Origin: Vicugna vicugna
Lineage: Eukaryota
Reading direction: 5' to 3'
NCBI GenBank assembly: GCA_013265495.1
Contig: MU058009.1
Span: 932,001-996,000, forward strand
DNA: 64,000 nucleotides
The position numbers and the translations under genes are program-made. The notes under the pieces were generated by a model. It did not search any database. It was not told where the DNA came from and saw only the letters and a program-made list of their open reading frames with translations. Shown here in pieces: positions 60,021 through 64,000 of the stretch; positions within the stretch are counted from its first letter, which is position 1; each line of letters begins with the position of its first letter.

Positions 60021-60510
60021 CTTGTGTCATCAGGAGGCCAAAAGCAGCTCCTGGGTAGCAGGCTGAGCAGATCCACACGTCAGTGGAAACATAAGAGAGA
60101 CGGACAGGAAGAAACACGTAGAAAGACGGAGGTGAACAGAGGGAGGTAAAGGAACTGAGCCTGGAGAAAAGAGGGAAAGAAAGAAAGAAGTTCTAGGAAA
60201 TGCACAGCGCAGGGTGAAGGAGGCCAAGGAAAATGTCACCAGCAGTAGAAAAGCTACAAAAACACCCAGGAAGGAAGAGCTGTACACAGGGGCTCACTCT
60301 CTCTCCCTCGTCAGAGAGCCCCCCAGGGTTTGCCCCCGCCGAGCTTCAGATGCAGGCAGCCCAGTCACTAACGTGTTGCTGCTGAATTCCCCAGGCTCTC
60401 CTGGGAGCTGCTGCAGAGCCCAGCGTCAGAGCAGCCAAACAAAACGCGCTCTCTTCCCCCCTTAAAACTGCGCTCAGCGCTGCTTTCTTCTCCCCTGCCC
60501 AATTATCCCA
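60021..60510 (-). promoter_or_regulatory. Candidate promoter with first exon(s)
   Basis: Repeat-free and locally CpG-enriched. Minus strand has ATTGG (~60500), TTTTAAG (~60461-60467), donor AGA|GTGAGC (60298/60297), strong acceptor (ttct)n-tccctcttttctccAG|G (60161/60160) and donor AAG|GTACTG (60021/60020). Confidence 0.3.
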
Positions 60511-61519
60511 TTTGCACTCAAAAGGAAAGCTGGACTTGAAGGCGTATTAGAAAATATTTATTTAGAATGCTATTTACCACATTGTGTCAAGGTGACAAGG
60601 CTAGGTAATAAGTAGGGGACACTTTCTTTAGAAAAAGGAAAAAAATAAAAGAAAATTTAAATGGTAGCATCAAAGGCTGCACTTCTGTTTCAAAACACAA
60701 GAAAATAACCTTATAATGAGGAGTCATGGAGAGAACCGAAAACTGTTGCTGTTACGACATACCCATCTTCAAAACCCTATTGTTCTAGTTGAAAGGGAGA
60801 GCGCCGAGATGGAAAGAGTCAGTAAATTAGCAGAAAGGAGAAAGTATAAATAAGTTATGCTCCCTTAAAGGCACATAGGCGAGATGAAATTCATATTTTA
60901 AAAAGGGGTCTTTCTGCTGTTATTAAAACTTAAAGAACTTTGCAAAGCAGCTAAATTACTTTGTACCATTTACTCTGTTAGCTTACTTTCTCCATTTCAA
61001 TTTGTAGCACGAGATCCGAGGAGAGGAGGGGTCAGATTTCCTTTGATTTGTGTCACTTGATTTACCAAGTTTGCTGTTTACCCTTCTGCATTGGCAGCTA
61101 CACCCACACATTCTCTTTAGAGAGAAATTCCATTTTCTTAATGCCCTTGTTATGGCAAAATCTAAACAAAATACACAACAATTCCTTTAAAGAAGAACCA
61201 ACAAGAACCAACCAACAGCCTCTGGTCGTTTCTTCCCCTTCCCTGCACACACACACATACATTTATGAGAACCTGCTGTATACCAGCCACCATACTTGGC
61301 ACTTTTATACTACGTCTGTATACTACATTTATGGTTCTTCACCTATGGAAGGCTGCAAAGCCCTTTATCACTCAGGACTTTTTTTTACCCCCTCATCATG
61401 GACTTTTACTGAAGGAAATGAATCATCTTCTTACCCTTGCACGCCCCTGCCACCATCTCTTTATCTATTCTGGAAAGACCTTAGGCAGACTCTTTTTTTT
61501 TTTTTTCTTTTCTTTACAG

Positions 61520-61660
61520 CAGTTATTTTCAATTTGATCCTCAGAGTAGCCACATCAGCAACTACTAGGAACTTGTTAGAAATGCACCTACTGAATCAAA
61601 ACTCCGGGGGTGAGGCCTCGTGGTCTGTGACTCTTAGTCACGCTTAAATTAGAAACATTG
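61520..61660. mobile_element. MER5A-like hAT-Charlie MITE
   Basis: catcagcaactactaggaacttgttagaaatgca...cctactgaatcaaaactccgggggtgaggcc. Confidence 0.8.
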
Positions 61661-62349
61661 GTTCTGCAGCAGGAAAGGCAAGCCACCAACCCAAGTTCTA
61701 GTGATGTTTTTTCCTTAATATAGAATTGGGATGAACTAGATTCCAGTAAGTTCAGAAAGTAGGTGCACTGAGAAAGGAGACTTAGAAGATGGAATAAGAT
61801 GTCTTTAAATAGATCTGCTCACTTGAAGAAAATTTAATCAAGGATCCATTAGGAATCCCAGAGAAACCGACCCGTTTAATGTATTTCTGTGAAACAGCTT
61901 GAATTCTTTGAGAGCTTGGACCTTCCCCAGAATGACTGAGTAAAAGGTAGGTGTGTGGACTTCTTGATTCATAAAGTTCCATGGTTTTCACTGACTAAAT
62001 ATTACTCAGTTCCATACACCCTCATTTTCAAGCCTTCCAGAGCCTTACAGTCTTCTCCTCCCTCAGTTATGATGCAGAATCCCTGTCTTTGTAGCTGCTT
62101 CAGTCTTTGATAGAATGCTAGATCCTGAGTTTACACCGCATACCATGGTTCGACTATGTAAAATTGTTGGTCATTTAAAACAAATATATCCCATTAATCT
62201 TTACTTGGACTTTAACTGCTTTTATCTTATGAAAGAATATCATTTTATTTGTATGAAATAACTGGATATGGTGTCCCAGATAATCAAAGGCAGCAGATAT
62301 GTTTTCCCACAACTGGAGTAACGAAAATGGAGCTATGGAAAGGAAAGCA

Positions 62350-62600
62350 ATGAACTTTATTGAGCAATACAGAAGGTTACCTACACTTAGGGTGCTAACA
62401 TCTTTGGCTTGTTATATGCCTACTGTCTCATGTGTTATTATTCCTGCTTCTCAGTGCTTGGCTTCTAAGGAAGAATCAAGTACATATAAATAGTAAGAGG
62501 ATATTGGAATATTAGACAGGATCCATTAACGCTATCACATGGCTCAGGCAGGCCTCTTTTGCTGACTGTCTTCGGAGACCAGGAACTGGAATGGAGTCAC
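62350..62600 (-). mobile_element. MIR SINE (degraded)
   Basis: aactttattgagcaatac...ttattattcctgcttctcag...aaggaa. Confidence 0.45.
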
Positions 62601-63026
62601 AGACCTGGGAGGTGGGGGGAAGGGAGGCTGCATCCTAGACTTTGATCACTTTGCTTCAGAGCCGTGCAGCAGGAAGAGAGCTGACAGTAGTTCCCCCCTG
62701 TGTCTCCTCTGTTCCCACAATGACTCTCTCTTACAAATATTTCCTCACCTGGTATGGACTGAAAGATGCCATGAATAGTTTAGCTGCAAATTTGAATCTT
62801 AGTGATGATCTACCTGTGAACTCAATTTTTTTTTTTTGAATGGCAGTGAATTTGGACAACCCAAGGGATGAAGGTGTTTCTTTGCTAATTGATGAGCTGT
62901 TGGTCTTTACATTTCCCGGTGGCTTCCCTTTCTTATTCCTTTCCCAGAGGTTTCTCTACCCTATTAAATAAAGTGTGAGAGTTTTAGAGAGAAAAGACTG
63001 CTAAAGAAATTCTGTTAGTATAGGAA

Positions 63027-63452
63027 TGACAGGTTGGGTTTTCTGGGAAGCAGAGTGCAAGTCAGAAATTAGCATACAGGACTTTAATTAGGGAGCACTC
63101 TTGAGATCAACACCTGTGTAAGGTAGGCAAGGATGCAGGATTGGGTAGGGAGAAGAGTTGAGCTGTGATGCAGTCCCAGTTTCTCTCCCAGCAGACCCAT
63201 CAGCAGCTCTTGGATCTTGGAAGCCCAGTTGGGACAAGGGAAGGTGAGCTTTGTGTTCACTGATCAGTCCTTGAGCTCGGGATGTCTGAAAGGAGGTGTG
63301 ACTTTGGACAAGGAAGTTCTCTTTAGTCACACTGAGGCAGTCAAACAAGAGAGCTGATAGGTGAGGGCCCTTCTGCATGCATTCTTAGCAAATAGGAGAA
63401 TAAATTATTCCTGATGGGGGAGTCTGAGTGGCTCACTGTAGCATGTACAACC
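63027..63452 (-). mobile_element. Solo LTR, LTR16-like (ERVL)
   Basis: gggaagcagag...tagggagcactcttgagatcaacacctgtg...gcaggattgggtagggagaagagttgagctgtgatgcagtc matches antisense LTR16. Confidence 0.82.
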
Positions 63453-64000
63453 GTGGGTGGGGGAGTCCTCTCAGAAAGGCGCCTGAGCTATAGTCCACAT
63501 TTTAGAGTCCGTAACACCTTGAGAGAGATTCCTTTAGGAAGGACACATTGCTACTTGGTTCAGCTACAGCCTAAGACTTGCAGAGAACGTGGTCAAGGGG
63601 CTATGAGCCAATCAGATATGGTAAATGTGAGACGTCTTTTCTTTAAAGTCCAATTGAAGTTGGTAATCAAAAGACCAAAATCCAAAATGACTGAAGAACA
63701 CTGAACTTGTGGAATTATGTGAATTTGCTTCAGACCTTTTGAAATCTTGTTTGTGCGATTATTCCCTTAGTAATGATCTCCCCTCCATGGAAATGCAACC
63801 AACTCTGGCTGGCTTCATTCAGTGAGGTTCGTAATAAGAATCATTAGAATTCTTTTCATAGCTCGGAAACTCAGACTTTTCGCATACTCTGTGAACACCG
63901 TCATTAGGAGGGGTGAAGAAATGTAATTCTCACGCCAACAAGAAAATTTGATACTTGGTATAATTGTTTTAGTAAAATACAAGCAGGATTCTTATCAACA

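Noticed and set aside
61048..61647. Longest ORF in the track (199 aa)
   Set aside because: TTG start; runs through (CA)n, poly-T and a MER5A element; no recognisable domain.
28821..63452. Possible provirus between the two LTRs
   Set aside because: Different LTR families in opposite orientations, with no gag/pol/env-like sequence; both are solo LTRs.

Overview
Mammalian (eutherian) non-coding DNA. I can support no protein-coding gene, tRNA, rRNA or CRISPR array. The only ORF-track entries resembling real proteins are decayed transposon pieces: a Tigger7 transposase N-terminus and L1 ORF2 endonuclease and RT fragments. Much of the window is old interspersed repeat (MIR, L2, L1M, MER44, MER58, MER91A, MER5, MER74A- and LTR16-like LTRs). 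Three younger L1 3' ends look artiodactyl-type, and I recognised no ruminant, pig, cetacean, primate, horse or carnivore SINE, which suggests a camelid (inference). Between the repeats are two orphan CpG islands (~4.8-5.4 kb, ~47.3-48.1 kb), several repeat-free motif-dense blocks that look like enhancers, and a good CTCF motif. A set of minus-strand exon-like segments downstream of a promoter-like region at ~60.4 kb could form a multi-exon lncRNA or 5' UTR. The best sequence-level observations are a twin-primed (5'-inverted) L1, a young L1 with TSDs nested in an old L1, a possible GC-biased-gene-conversion footprint beside the second CpG island, and a box C/D snoRNA-like motif. I see no convincing novel biological system. 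Repeat family names come from remembered consensus sequences, not a database search, and most repeat boundaries are approximate (tens of bp).
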